Shown here one piece after another: positions 1 through 13,010 of a stretch of 64,000 bases of DNA (position 1 is the stretch's first letter; the number at the start of each line of letters is the position of its first letter). Location: NCBI GenBank assembly GCA_964234715.1, contig OZ174276.1; one strand, given 5' to 3'. Under the pieces are notes generated by a model that did not search any database, was not told where the DNA came from, and saw nothing but the letters and a program-made list of their open reading frames with translations. Position numbers and translations under genes: made by a program. This DNA comes from Podarcis melisellensis (lineage: Eukaryota).

Positions 1-625
1 GCCAAGCTTCCATCAATTAAAACTTCGTTGTGACTTTTAGGGGAGGAAAAAAAATCTTTCCACATACAAGGAACTTTTTGGACATTCTTATTTTACATGG
101 CAAAATTTGTTTAGAATAATAAAACAGGAACTTTCCCTGATGTTGCAATTTATACTGTATGGCTTCTTTTTCATGTTTCATCTAGGTTTTTAGAAGTGAA
201 GTATAGTAAATATGGTTCGTTAAATTGTGAAGGCGCTGGAAATACATGAACGTACCATCTTAAAGGCAAGTTCTGTAACCTTACGTTGCTGTTCATAAAA
301 TCATGCCTTCACAGCACTTCAGGTGCTGTTGGACTTCATGTCCCCAACAATAGTTTGGTGAGGGCTTTTATTGTTACCATCTACTTGTACACTTAAGTCT
401 GAACGTGTAACGATATTTAATGTATTTAGAGTTTCCTGTTGCAGGGTTTATAAAATTGACCTACTAAGTTCACGTGACTTCCTGTACTGTTAAACTTTAT
501 TGTAATAAAATGAAAGAAAAAAATTGTCTTTTTATTCATGACCAGCTGTGGACAACTGCCTGAAGGTTTGTACTGATGCATGCTATGGTAGTTTATGGTA
601 TAATAAATACAGATTTCCTGATGCT
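1..625 (+). other. Terminal part of a 3'UTR of an upstream gene (tentatively HNRNPA3-like), with tandem polyA signals
   Basis: AT-rich, repeat-free, no ORF. AATAAA at 504-509 and 602-607, with TGTA elements upstream. Resemblance to the end of the mammalian HNRNPA3 3'UTR is recalled, not verified. Confidence 0.5.
305..365 (+). other. Predicted four-way-junction RNA element, copy 1
   Basis: P1 gccttca/tgagggc; P2 cagcac-ttcag-gtgctg; tt linker; P3 ggac-ttcat-gtcc; P4 ccaac-aata-g(t)ttgg. Confidence 0.55.
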
Positions 626-1902
626 ACATTGATATATTCTGAATTATTTGAACTTCAAAGTCACTACTTTAGCTGTATGCTGTAGCTGACTCCTGAACAA
701 GTAAATAGACCTGTACACTTATTAAGCAGTTGCAACAAAGTCTTAGGCTTAAGAAGACATGTTTCCCCCCCCCGAATGGTGCGCTTTCTTAAGACTTCTT
801 CATGTTTCCTATGTGTAAATGTGCTTCTACTAAGAAAATGCTATTGTAGAGCACATTTTTTGGCCTTGCTTCAGTTCTTCCTCAGTTTAGAGACCTCAAG
901 CTACTTAACCTAACATTTTTTAAAAAATATATTTTTTATTAAAGATTTCTCTTTATAAAGCTTAGGTGCAAGCATTGGCTTCTATAATAAAGGTGACCAG
1001 CCAAGAGGGATTCACCATAAAACATAGGTTGCAAAATAACAGATTAATCTTAATCAGTTGATCAATTAATCTCTATCTGGGCATAGCAAAAAGCAGTCTG
1101 GTTAAAAACTACAGCTGAAGCTGCCCTGTGTGATTCAAACGTTGTCCTCATTTTGCCTCATGACTGTGTGTCAAGAAAACAGCTGTGGCGAGGTTTCAGC
1201 TGTGTCTTTCACTGGACTCTGTCCCATTTATAAAACCTAGCAGGAAAGAGGGTAAAATTATCGCCTTGGATGACTGAGCAGTTGTTGCTCTCAAGGGGCA
1301 TGATGTGTTTGGGAGGTTTTGGCTCAGCATTTTGAGCCTTGTTTCTTTATATGCAGTACAAACCAGATCTCTTTTTTATTGCTTTCTCTTGTTAGCAAGA
1401 TAAGTATTTCCATGAGAGCTGGGAATAGCAAAACTCCTGTTCCTACTTCCATCAGTTGATTTATAAAGACAAATTCTGTTACTGTCATTTTTTGCACTCC
1501 ACCCCTAGCTAATAGTAATATTGCATGTTAACAGCACCAATTTGTAAAGTAAAAACTATTTCCGATTTGCGTACGGTCTATTTCAGTCCTTTGCTTGGTC
1601 TCAAAAAACTTTATTGTTCATGTTTGAAGTTCCTTTGCTGCTTTCTGTACATCCTCTTTTTATATTTTTGTAACTTTCAAAGATGCCCTGCCTTCCATTA
1701 GAAACTTTGGCTTTGTGATCTTCACTCATTGTTTTAAGTTGTTTTAGATTTTCATTTTGAGAAATTTATTTTGCTGGAGTACTGTGTATTAAATGTCTGA
1801 GCAGTGTTATTGGCACTTTGAATATGCTTTCTGTTGACTGGCTACCCATTTCCCCAAAAGGTACTTCAGAAATATGCAGCCATGTTCACTGTTTTATAAT
1901 TA

Positions 1903-2162
1903 CCGTATTTTTCGCTCTATAAGACGCACCAGACCACAAGACGCACCTAGTTTTTGGAGGAGGAAAACAAGAAAAAAAATATTCTGAATCTCAGAAGCCA
2001 GAACAGCAAGAGGGATCGCTGCGCAGTGAAAGGAGCAATCCCTCTTGCTGTTCTGGCTTCTGGGATACCTGCGCAGGCTGCATTCGCTCCATAAGACGCA
2101 CACACATTTCCCCTTACTTTTTAGGAGGGAAAAAGTGAGTCCTAGAGAGCAAAAAAATACGG
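1903..2162. mobile_element. Tc1/mariner-superfamily (pogo/Tigger-like) non-autonomous MITE
   Basis: TIRs ccgtatttttcgctctataagac ... gtcctagagagcaaaaaaatacgg, flanked by TA on both sides. Confidence 0.8.
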
Positions 2163-3920
2163 TACTTCACCCCTTTAGCTGTTCATCTATTTCCTTTTGC
2201 ACTATTATGATGGCAATTGTGCAATTATACATACCTGTTGACCATTATCTGAAGAAGTTGTGCTTGTTTTTCTCATTCATGAAAACACTTATCTGAAGTT
2301 TTCTTTGACATTACTGTCTCTATAGATCCCAGTACTAAAGAGGCAAACCATTTTGGCAATGGGCTTGCTTAAGCATGTGTTGGTAACTTTTCTTTAGTCT
2401 ATGGCAAAATGAAACACAATGATTCTCGCAACATGGTTCATGCCTAATGAGCCCATTAGCAAGCCTTTTGTAGCCCATACTGGCCACTTTACATTTAAAA
2501 GAACTAGTGTACAGTTTGTACTAGTTGCATCCAGACTCTCCTTCTGCTCACAGAAGAAACAGAGATTAAGCAGAGGCTCCTGCTGGGCAGAGGGGTAGGC
2601 AAATTTCCTCTTCAGCACCTGCACCACTTTCCACATGATGGAACGCTGGATCCAGTAGACAGAATTTGATCAGAAATTTACTAATTTCTACTGTAGCCTT
2701 GTATTGCCCCTTTATATTACCTGGAGTGGCACAGGTTCCCCATCCCTGCTGTAGAGATTCACCTGTACTGTACGCTTGGGTTAGAGATAACTAATTCCCC
2801 CCCCCTCACTGGAGGCAGGCATTCTGAAGCCCATAGGCCCCTCCATCTTCTAGATAGAAGCTGTTGAAATCTATTTGCTCTCAGTGGAAGAGTGCCAATC
2901 AGTTTCCGTCCTGCTTCCACTGAGAGACAGGGTGCTCATGGAGGTGCAAGGGAACAGCTGCTTATTATTTTCAGCATATATTCAAGGCCTTTATGTTGCA
3001 CTTTCTGAAAATTCTGAATACAAGCTTGTTTTTAGAATAAAAACTTCCATAGGTGTTGCTAATCCATAGGCTGGGGTCATTCATACATGTAAGCAAACCA
3101 TGGTCAGTTATGAGAATGAATCTCAAGTCTCTTGTGATTTCCTCCATTCCTTCTCTTTTGTGCCCACAACGAAGGAACAAAAAACTTAGTTCCTTGTGAT
3201 ATCTGAACATTGGGAACTGTTACTTGTTTGCAGTATTTGTAATAAGTGATGATCCAACCATGGTTTTGAGTTAATTGAAAGTAGAAGCTTTTTATCTCCT
3301 TGAGAGTTGCAGAAGCAGTAGGGTGCACAAAAGCCCATGGCTCACTCTCCAAATTGGAGACCGTAGTTTCTTGCTACATCTGAACTTGGCCATTATGGAA
3401 AGGAATTTTGATACTTTAACAAATTCGTACCTCTGACATTAAAAAAATGATTTATGTAATACAGTTGTCTTAATAATTGTACTGGTCTAACTACTATGCA
3501 AGAGTGATGTAAAATTTCTGAACAGCAGATTTGTTTTTTTACATTTTTCACTTTTACTGCATTAGTTCAGAATATTTTATCACTTGGAGGGGAAACACCC
3601 ACTTTCTACTGAGTGTCATATAGCACTGGTCAAGCTGGAAGGTGAGCACTCTAGTTGGGGTTTTATTTTTCCTATACATTAATTCTGGTTTACAGATTCC
3701 ATATCTGATTTGTGTGGGGCTTAAAAGTTGAGACCAAATCTTTGCTTGATCATTGGAATTTTGTTAATTTTGATTGCATGTATTTTTAACTTAATTGGGT
3801 TGTGTTTTTCTAAAATTTAAATTTTTCTTCTTCCTATAGCCCTGCCATAGGACAGGCTGAGGCAGAGTCTCAGTGTTGCCCTGTTCAGTCTGAGGCAAGT
3901 GGGATTTATTTTATTCATTC

Positions 3921-3995
3921 TAGGGGCTTTCACAGCTTTATAGCTGTTGGATATTCATGTCCCCAAACTTGCAGCAAGTTTGGTGAAGGCTCCTA
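3921..3995 (+). other. Predicted four-way-junction RNA element, copy 2
   Basis: P1 taggggctttca/tgaaggctccta (12 bp, 2 GU); P2 cagct-ttat-agctg; tt linker; P3 ggata-ttca-tgtcc; P4 ccaaacttg-cag-caagtttgg. Confidence 0.55.
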
Positions 3996-6897
3996 TCTTT
4001 AATTTAATTTAGGATTTTTATAATCTTTTGATGGGCTCTATATTAATATTGATACTCTGACTTTAGTGCTTAAATTTATTGTTGTTAGCAGTCAGAAATC
4101 TTAAAATGAGTCAAAACATATCCTGTTCAATTGTTAATCCCTCCATCACCTTACCCTCTGAAACTTGATGTAGTGATGCCATATTTTAACAGCAAGATGA
4201 CTGCCTTTGAAATGGTGCTGTGAATTTTAAAAGTCCAGGAGTTTTGTTGGCTGTGTTTAGTCTTGTTAAGAAAATGCCTGTGTTGAAATCAGTTTTTCTC
4301 CACTGATACACACCTCTGCAGTTGGGGGTCAGTGACATCAACCTAACAGAAATGTACCTGAAACAATTACCTTATCATTAAATATGTTATCTGTCATAAG
4401 TTAATATTAATGTAGAGCCCACAGAGTGGAGAAAAATGCAGTTGTGAGTTTCATAAGATGAACAAGTGAGATAAATGTTTAGTAGGAAACATTCTTTCAA
4501 CAGCCTGATTTTAAAGGTAAACAACTTGCCATATTTATGTGCACTGGAACATAATGAGCATAGACATTTAGGTATTCCTAGTGTAAGCAATTTTCCATAT
4601 ATTATGCACAGAACATAAAACAAACTTTCAGGGGTTTTGGTGCCATTTGAATCCTTCCTTAGAAAATTTATTGCTAGACTCATGTGAAAACACATGCATT
4701 ACTTTAAAAGAAAGATTTAAAATTATGAGGAAAGCTGCTGATAAAAGATTTCCAAGAATACTTGAGAATCTACTTCTATCCGCAGCTCCTGCAACAAATC
4801 TAGTTTTCGTTTGAGAGAGTTTGAAGCTTTCACAAGGCACCTAGATTTTCTGGGTGGTCCCTTCAGTTTGCACTTGCAGAGCCTCAAACTGCTTCTTAAA
4901 CACTTAGTTTTTTAAGAGTTTGGGAATTTGGTGTGAGAGGCTGTTTTCCCTTAATTCAAGGGATGGCCCTCCATAAGTTGTTTGGCTCCAAATCTCATCA
5001 GCACCCAGCCACTATTGTCAGTGATCAAGGCTTGCATGAGTTTCTATCATTTGGAGGGCTAAAAGTTCTCCATCCCTGCCTTACACAGTCCTCTCACCCA
5101 ATCCTCAAAGTGCTTTTCCAAATTCAAGTGTCAATTTCTTTTCTGTGGCATCTACTAGCTCTGGCTGTAACTCATGTTTTCGTGGTTGCAGTTTTAAAAC
5201 GCTAACTTAGAATTACCTCTGTCGTAATACCTAAGCAATACAATCAGCTGCCTGTCACTTCTCTCACATGCATGCAGAACCCTCTGCAAGCTTCTCATTT
5301 TCTCGAGAAATTGTAATCCAGAGTCAAGTTCACTGTGACTACCTCACATCTGAACATAAACTGCATTCAAATCCTCAATTCAGTGTATTGTCATTGTGTG
5401 TGACGTGACTCTTGACAATTAATGGTGAAGATGGACTCCGCACTGAAGATGGAAAATAGCAATCAGCGTTTCTTCTACAATGTCCTCTGCTCTTGAGATC
5501 TGCTTTTTTCAATGTTTTCCCACCCCCTTGGTCAATAGCCAATTTATTGAAACATGCTTTGTTTGGAGGGCTTGAAATAGAAGGGTTGTATTCATGGCTT
5601 CTGTTATCTTTTTGAGTATCCACGAGCAAATAGCTTGGGTGTTAGAATGCCTTTACTGTCACCCTGTAATAAAATAGATTAAATAAATGAGTGCCTTGAT
5701 CCAGTTGCATGATTTTAGACAGGAATCACTTGATAAGAGAGAACATGTTTAGCTTTGAATATCCCCTTCATCCAATCTGAACCTTTTTTTTTTTTTACAC
5801 TTCTCCAGCTGTCCTACAATCACATTTTCTAGCATATACCTAATGTAACTTTATGGTTTATGAAGAACTGAGAGATACTAGGATTTTGTCCAAATGTATA
5901 TGCCTATTTCTTTATAATTACAGAGCAACCTAAAAGTCGGTATGAATGTACTGCAAAGGAGATCCAAACAGGTTTCATTGCTTTCCTTGGCTACAACTTT
6001 CTAAATTTTGGCTTTAGTTTAGAAATTCCTCTACCTGGAGTACACCTACCGGTATTTTCAGGACTTCACTAGTAGTCTCAGGTGGTTCTTGGGGCATTGT
6101 GCTTCATTCATTCTGATCTCTTGAAGTGAGACGCACGACCAAGTTGAACTTTAAAAAAATAAATTTAGAATTAAGATTTAAATTGCAATTCTGAATTGCA
6201 CTTCGCCCAGATTTTAAATATTTTCTGCCATCACAGAACTTCAAAATGCTACCCAGACTCTCGCATTGAAAAAGATGTTTTGGGATTTTGTACATTACCA
6301 ATTCAAAGGAAAACTGCCGTCATTGCTTACATAGTATTCGGTCCCCACCCCCAGTGGGGTGAGCTCTTGTGCAAAATTGTCAAATTGATTTTTCAGTAAA
6401 GAAGTCAATAAGCAATTTGAGAGTTCTCTGAGGCCCCAGCAGAGTGGAAATACTTTAGATAAGTTTGTGTACATCCATATGTCATGCAGAGTCATGTCTT
6501 AATTTGAAGTACTCCGACTTGACTAAAGTGTATTCAAGTAGATACAAGTAGTTAAATCCAAACTAAAGATCATTTTGTCTCATAGGCATACACTTGAGTT
6601 AATTATACTTACAGTTCTGGCAACTGTAAGGTGGCATTAATTCTGGCCACTCTTGCTATTATTAGTTTTGTTTCAGTTTTAACTGAGGCAACACTACTTG
6701 CTTTAAAATTATATGCATCTGAATCTTTTGATGGATGTTTATTGTTAAATGAAACCACACAATCACTTCACATCTTTTGTATAATAAAACATTTAATATA
6801 TAATTCAGTCCATATTGCTTGTTGACCACTGTGACTCGTAAATTTATAAAATATTTGATCACAGAATAATGTCAATTTAAGGAATCTTGTTGGGTAA

Positions 6898-7020
6898 TGC
6901 AATAGCTCAGTCAGTAGAGCATGAGACTCCTAACTGCAGGGGTGTGGCTTGGAGCTCCATGTTAGGCAAATGATTCCTGTATTGCATGGGTTGGACAAGG
7001 TGACCCTTGTCCTTCCTAAC
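6898..7020 (+). mobile_element. Degenerate tRNA-Lys-derived SINE with CR1-type 3' tail
   Basis: tagctcagtcagtagagcatgagactc... head resembles tRNA-Lys(CUU), followed by attcctgtattgcatgggttggac (CR1 3' end); similar to the copy at 17678-17826. Confidence 0.7.
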
Positions 7021-10000
7021 TTTACACATGGTTACATTGTCAGTGCCAGCAATTAAATGTGAAGTAACTTGCTAGAACAGAGAGAAATAGTATTGCACTA
7101 CATTGCAAGTGCTTTTTTTTTTTTAGGTTTCAAGCTGCTTTTAGGTTTTTGAGAGATCATACATTTTGGGCATTTCCTATTCTGAACTTTAGTAGTCTCT
7201 TTTGGTCAACTTAACCATTTGTTGTCCTGGGAAGCATACTTAAGAGAGCCATGCTGAAATGGGGAACGGGGGACGGGACGGGACAACGACACTCGACATA
7301 GAATCTCACTTCCATTCTTTTTGGCCTACTGAGTCTGCGCTGCCAACCTAATAGATTCGAATGTCTCACTGCATTATTTCCATACCTTGTTCAGATAACG
7401 TATTTGCAGTGGAGCATTCTTGCCAGTGTCTGGCAAGACTAAATAAGTTGTTCCCTTAATCATATTCCCTTAATTAAAAATAAATGTGAAGACACAAAAA
7501 TGTCTTCGCTAAAATAGCAGTTTTGAATCACTGGTGTGTGCCTGGCAAGCACTGTTTTCAAAATGTCACACCTCTACTTCACACAACAGTTGCTAAAAGT
7601 TAGGAGTCAAAGTTCAGTATAAATTTTACCCTTGTGCTTAATTTTAAGAATAGTCAACTCGGCTAACATAAAATATTTTATAATCCTTTAGGAATTCAGT
7701 CAGCTTTCTCGGACTGTTAGTAGTAATACAAGTACAGGGCTTTCCAGTTCATTTTCACAGATACCCTTGAAAGAACACTACATATTTTTGGGGGGCAACT
7801 TGCACTGTAACCCTTTAACATTTGAATTGGTTCAACAAGTATATTTCAGAGTTCAGTTTGACGGACTACTTAGGAGTTAACAGTTGCTATAAAAAAGTGC
7901 AAGATTTTGGTTTGTGTTTCGAAATTTAAAACTAAATTATGAGTTAAGCTTTTTGGTTTAATATAATTTGTGTTTTTGTTGACTAGCAGCAGAATTTCAG
8001 CATTTGCTACTTACTGGTAGAGAAGAAAAAAATCCCACAGCACTGCCAGTACAGGTTAGTTTAATCTGTAAGTACCTGATGTTTGTTTGAAATCCTGTAC
8101 TACAAATGCCATCTTAGTATGTGAGGATGGAGCCATAAGTTATCTGGAGAGGGTTGCATCTTACTACACCTAAAAGGGATAAATATTCACAGGCTCCGAT
8201 TAAGAAAGGGAAGGGGAATTACAATAATTTGGGTTTAGTGTATCATGTGGTGGCATTCCAGTCAGGGATCCAGTAATGCACTTTTTTTCTAAGTGGGAAA
8301 TCATTTGACTAAGGTTGATTGGAAAATAACCTCAATCACATCTGGGGCGAATGGGTGTTTATGCTATTAACTAAACAAGAGTAATTAAATATTCTGATTC
8401 TTTCTTCTTAGCAGTCCTTACAAACACCCATCAGCACAACTTTGTTAACTGATGAGCACATCTTTTGTGATGGGCATTATTGAGACGAAATGCTGTGTCC
8501 TCTGAAACCCTTGAATCTCAACACTTTAAAGCCTGGATAATTTTCTTAGGCAGTCCCTTCTCACTTAAGTGGGTTCTGAATATTCAGTGTTCTTTGGTTA
8601 TTTCTTAAAGTCGACTATGCATTTCTGTAGTGCTGCTGTTTTGCTTAAACTGGTGGTTTGTGCAAAAAATGTAGTTGCATCTTAATTAGAACTGCATGTT
8701 TCTGTATCTTTAATTTTCTGCTGCCATGTTTACTAGCCAACTTAATTTGGTAACATGCTTTTAAAAACCTGCTCTCAAAGTGGCAAGCTAAAGCTGTTGG
8801 CAGTCATTCGAGCATTTTAAGTAAATAAAGTTGAGAAGTGGTCACAGCCCTGACACAGAAATATCAGCTTCTCTCACCAACTCTAGGTAAATCTATTGCT
8901 TTATTGGTTGCTTCATCAATATGAGACTGCTGCTGCCTCTGTGCCATTGCAGTCTCTCTCTTAATGCCACCTTATATTCATGTTCAGCAATCCTGAAACT
9001 TCTCTTTAGAATTGCCAAAATCTCCTTGGAGCAGCTTTAGAATGCTTCTTAAGACCTCCTTGTTTTGAGCTGGGCTTGTTGGCTTAGAGTTAAGCTAGCA
9101 CAGGGTTACTGGTCTCCTACATTTTAGTTTGATTGAAAAAAATCCAGTTAATTGGTTCATTCTGTGGTATTGGGTGTGTTACGGCATAAAAAGCCTTTGG
9201 ATTGGGGAGTAGGCTACAACTAAAAATAATATTTTGTGATCAGCATGAGAAAACAAAGCTATGTATCATGCCTACCAACTTGTGGATAATGAAAATGCTT
9301 CTTAAAACTACAACAGATGTGGAAATTTAAATCTAGCTGCATTTCATAGTAAAGGTTGAAGAACCCAGAAGAACAAGTAGTCGCTGTAACCATTCAATAT
9401 ATGAATCAAGAGTGTTGTTTAGAATGTCTTGGTCCCTTGTTTTTCTAGTATTTCTCAGTCCCATTTCTCTAGTGGTCAATATATAGTATTTTATAAGGAT
9501 GACAATCTTAAATCTGCCAGCTCTGTACAGTTCAGGTTATTTTGGGGCAGTGGGCAAGTGGGCAGAAGAAACAAAACTGAAACCCAACCGCTACTGTTGG
9601 CATTCAGTAGTTCAGCCACAAGAATTGAGTTGACCTAGGCATCATGTTAAAAATTTTGAGTTGCCAAAAATTAATTCACCTGCAAGAGAAACTATGAACA
9701 TTAAGAACCTGCCATTCATTTAGGAGACTCTTTTTTTAGAACACATCCTGTCTTACTTGCTGTGCTTGTATTGAAAATAAGGGTATCTTGTAAACATAAT
9801 TAAAATTTTGGTATCTATGTCTTAACTTTCCTTCTGTGCCCTTTACTTTCCTTTATAATAGGGAAAGTTAATACTTAAAACTAGTTTGTTGATTAGTAAG
9901 ATAACCTGGTAATGCAGTTGTCACTGAAATCCCAAACTACATAGACACCTAATCATATGATTATCCCCAAGTGATTTGTACAGGGCTCAGCTATGCCAGG

Positions 10001-10973
10001 GAAACACCTAATTCTTAAGGTGTGTGGTAGGATATGCTGCTTCACACAAGCACAACACTACACAAGGAGTGGCAAATGCAGTTTAGAACCCTAGCACAAG
10101 GAGTCTCACCAGGATCATATTTATTTCTCCTCTGACTTGTGGATGTAGCTTCTATTTCAAGCAATGCCTTAATGCTGACTAGATCATTGCTACTTGGTAT
10201 AAACTGGTTAACCAAATCTAAATGGCTTTGATCATGCACAGCAAGCTTGAATTTTCTGGAGGGACACACTAAACACTTGGGCCTGTTGATATATTGGATT
10301 GCATTTATATTTGTAAACAGCTCTACATAGTATGAAGCAGCTGGCTTTTGTCCTGCTTATTGCTGTGCAGCTGGAGTGACCTAAGTGGAGTATGTTTTCA
10401 GTTCCAAATACTGTAACAGATCCTGTGATCTTACTCTGATCATATGAAAACAACTTGTATAGTCCTGCAGACACCAGGAGAACCAGAAAGTGAGGGAACG
10501 TATTTCTGATCTGGCAACTTGGTAAGTATCTAGCCTCTTCAATGTTTTTTGTTGGTGATAAAAAATAATCTGTATTTCATTCATGTAGCATTTCCCTGAT
10601 GAATGGCATAAAGATGGGGACAGACAACTCGTTTATATGCTTTTGATTAAAATTATACAAATAGCATTATCGGATGTACACTTAAGTAAAGCTGTGTATC
10701 TTTCATTTATTAAACTTTGAACCAGAGTTAATTACTGTGCCTGTCTGTTCTTTGGTCCTGAAATATTTGCACAAAATTGCCCCACATGGAATTGTATTTC
10801 ATTGCGCGGGGGGGGGGGGGTCTTCGTTTGAAAAGTTATGTAGTTGTAGAATTGCACTTACATTTTATTTATTGAAAAATTACACCCTCCTTTCAATCAG
10901 ATGATTCCCAAGTTGGCCTTACAATCAAAAGGCAATGGTGCTAAATCCCGAACACGCACACATGTGTGTATGC

Positions 10974-11180
10974 TAGGGTTGCCATATTTTCAAAAAGTAA
11001 AAACCAGGAAACCCCCAAAACCCCTTTCGGAAATTCCCTCAAGACATCAATTCTGCCTTTGAAATTCTGGTAATGTCCAGGAAAATCCAGATGTATGGCA
11101 GATACCAGCAATCTTAGTCCTCTTGACTGGTGGAAGAGGCCGGGACATGTTTCTCTTCTGCTTTGCAGCCCTAGGGCAAC
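10974..11180. mobile_element. Degenerate hAT-like MITE
   Basis: tagggttgccata... end and ...gtatggca / gggcaacta ends typical of this family. Confidence 0.4.
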
Positions 11181-12775
11181 TAGATTGCACATGTGAAAAT
11201 TGTATAAAGCCACTTATGATGCAATCCCATGCACAATTAATGGGACGTAAATGCCATTTAACTCAGTGGAACTGGCTTCCAAATAAACTTGCACTGAATT
11301 GAACTGTATTGAGTGAGAAAAGGCAAGAAGACATTGGCTGAGAAGAACTGTAATGTTGCTTTTATCTGCACAATTGCACATGGTTATAAAGGCGGAAATG
11401 CTTGTTCTCACGCAATGCAGTTGCTGGGGGGAGAGCACAATTACAGAAGTGCTGGCACCAAATTTGAAAACACTCTTTAAGAGAGAAATAAGGAGTTTGG
11501 CTTCCAGATATCATCCCATAAACCCAACAATAGCAGTTCCTGGAATTTAATGTGAACAATGTCTCCTTTGTACAAAGCCTGCATAAAAAGCGGCTGGTGT
11601 ATTGTGTCACAGTTGAAACTGGAAATCAATATCTGAGAGGTGTCTTCTATCTTTCCATATGCAATGTCTTCTCACTATGTTAGGATTTAATCACATATTT
11701 TTATAATAGTATAGCTAGAAGTAATACCAAAATTACAGTTGCCCTCCAGAGTTTGAAGGCATTTATTTGTGTTCCCTTGGCACCTCTTTTAACTTGAGTG
11801 CAGCAAGAGCTGTTGCTACCAGGTGGAAGGAGTGATTGGGTTGTGTAACACTAGTAGTTAATAATACCTGGTCTGGAACAAATAAGATGGTGTCGCACAT
11901 TCTTGTTAAATGCAACTGACTAAATCTGCATAGCTGCCACTCGCTAGGGACCTCAAAAGTTGGAAGTTGCTCTGGCCTCCCTAGGCCTGTGGGGAGGGCG
12001 GTGCAGTTTGACTATGCTAAGAGTTGGCCTCATTGTCATACATAGTGGCTGCCAAATCACAAAACGGTGTTTGGAAATGTGTGCTGGAAAATAAAATATT
12101 GATTGCTTGCCAAACTGAGCAGTGATTGGGCCAAGTGAACTTTGACAGGGCATTCCACTGCCTTGGCACCACTACAAAAAAGGCCCCCTTCCCTGCTGTT
12201 TCACAGGTACCCTGCATTTGAATAATAATATGAAAACTCTAAGCTTTTAGTTGACTGAAGAATGTAGCCAGCATGGGTATATTGGGGCATTGCAAAGGGA
12301 GTGGAAGGGCTTTGTTTCTATTTGTGCTCTTCATTTCATAGACCAGTCCTTTCCCCTAATGTGAAGTGGGCATAGCATATTTACTGACTGCCTATAGAAT
12401 GGCAAGTGCCAGAACATGGAAATGGTTACAAATATTGAACACATGCCACAGGTAATTGCCTAGTGTGACGGACAGTGTTGTTAGAAAAATGGTCCTCAAA
12501 AGCTGAGCATGGCAAGAGGACAAGAGAAACATAACAACTCTGATGCTGTCTGGCATGATTTGATTGACTACAAAAATGTTGAAGCTCATGGAAGAGAGGA
12601 GTCAACAGTTTATAGCAGAGTTTGGTGTTTATAGCTCACCCCCTTTTGAGAGTAAAAGTGTGTCTTGCAATTAAAAGGAATTGGCAATATGTGCATGAAC
12701 AAAGCTAAGCTATAATCGGAAGTAATAAAACATTCCTTACCTGACCCAATCTGTCTGCTTACTTTGAAAAACACT

Positions 12776-13010
12776 GCAACCAGACAGAGGGCCTTCTCGG
12801 TAGTGGCGCCTGCCCTGTGGAACGCCCTCCCATCAGATGTCAAGGAAATAAGCAGTTATCCTATTTTTAAAAGACATCTGAAGGCAGCCCTGTTTAGGGA
12901 AGTTTTTAATATTTAATGCCAATATTTAACACTCGATTGGGAGCCGCCCAGAGTGGCTGGGGAAACTCAGCCAGATGGGCAGGGTATAAATAATAAATTA
13001 TTATTATATT
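12776..13010 (+). mobile_element. L2-clade LINE 3' fragment
   Basis: Encodes [21 protein letters not shown]...FKRHLKAALFRE (L2 ORF2 C-terminus), then gggagccgcccagagtggctgggg...ggtataaataa(tta)n tail. Confidence 0.8.

Noticed and set aside
4628-6301. Minus-strand ORFs and exon-like segments (~6050-6148, ~5600-5663)
   Set aside because: Stops in all frames or no recognisable homology; no coherent gene model
6324-6366. Possible third copy of the four-way-junction motif (gtccccac...ggggtgagc)
   Set aside because: Only the 3' hairpin and a short closing stem resemble it; P2 and P3 are absent
8430-8500. CTGATGA...GAAA hammerhead-like core
   Set aside because: No proper stem II closes the core, and the base that should be U16.1 is C; stem I is not convincing
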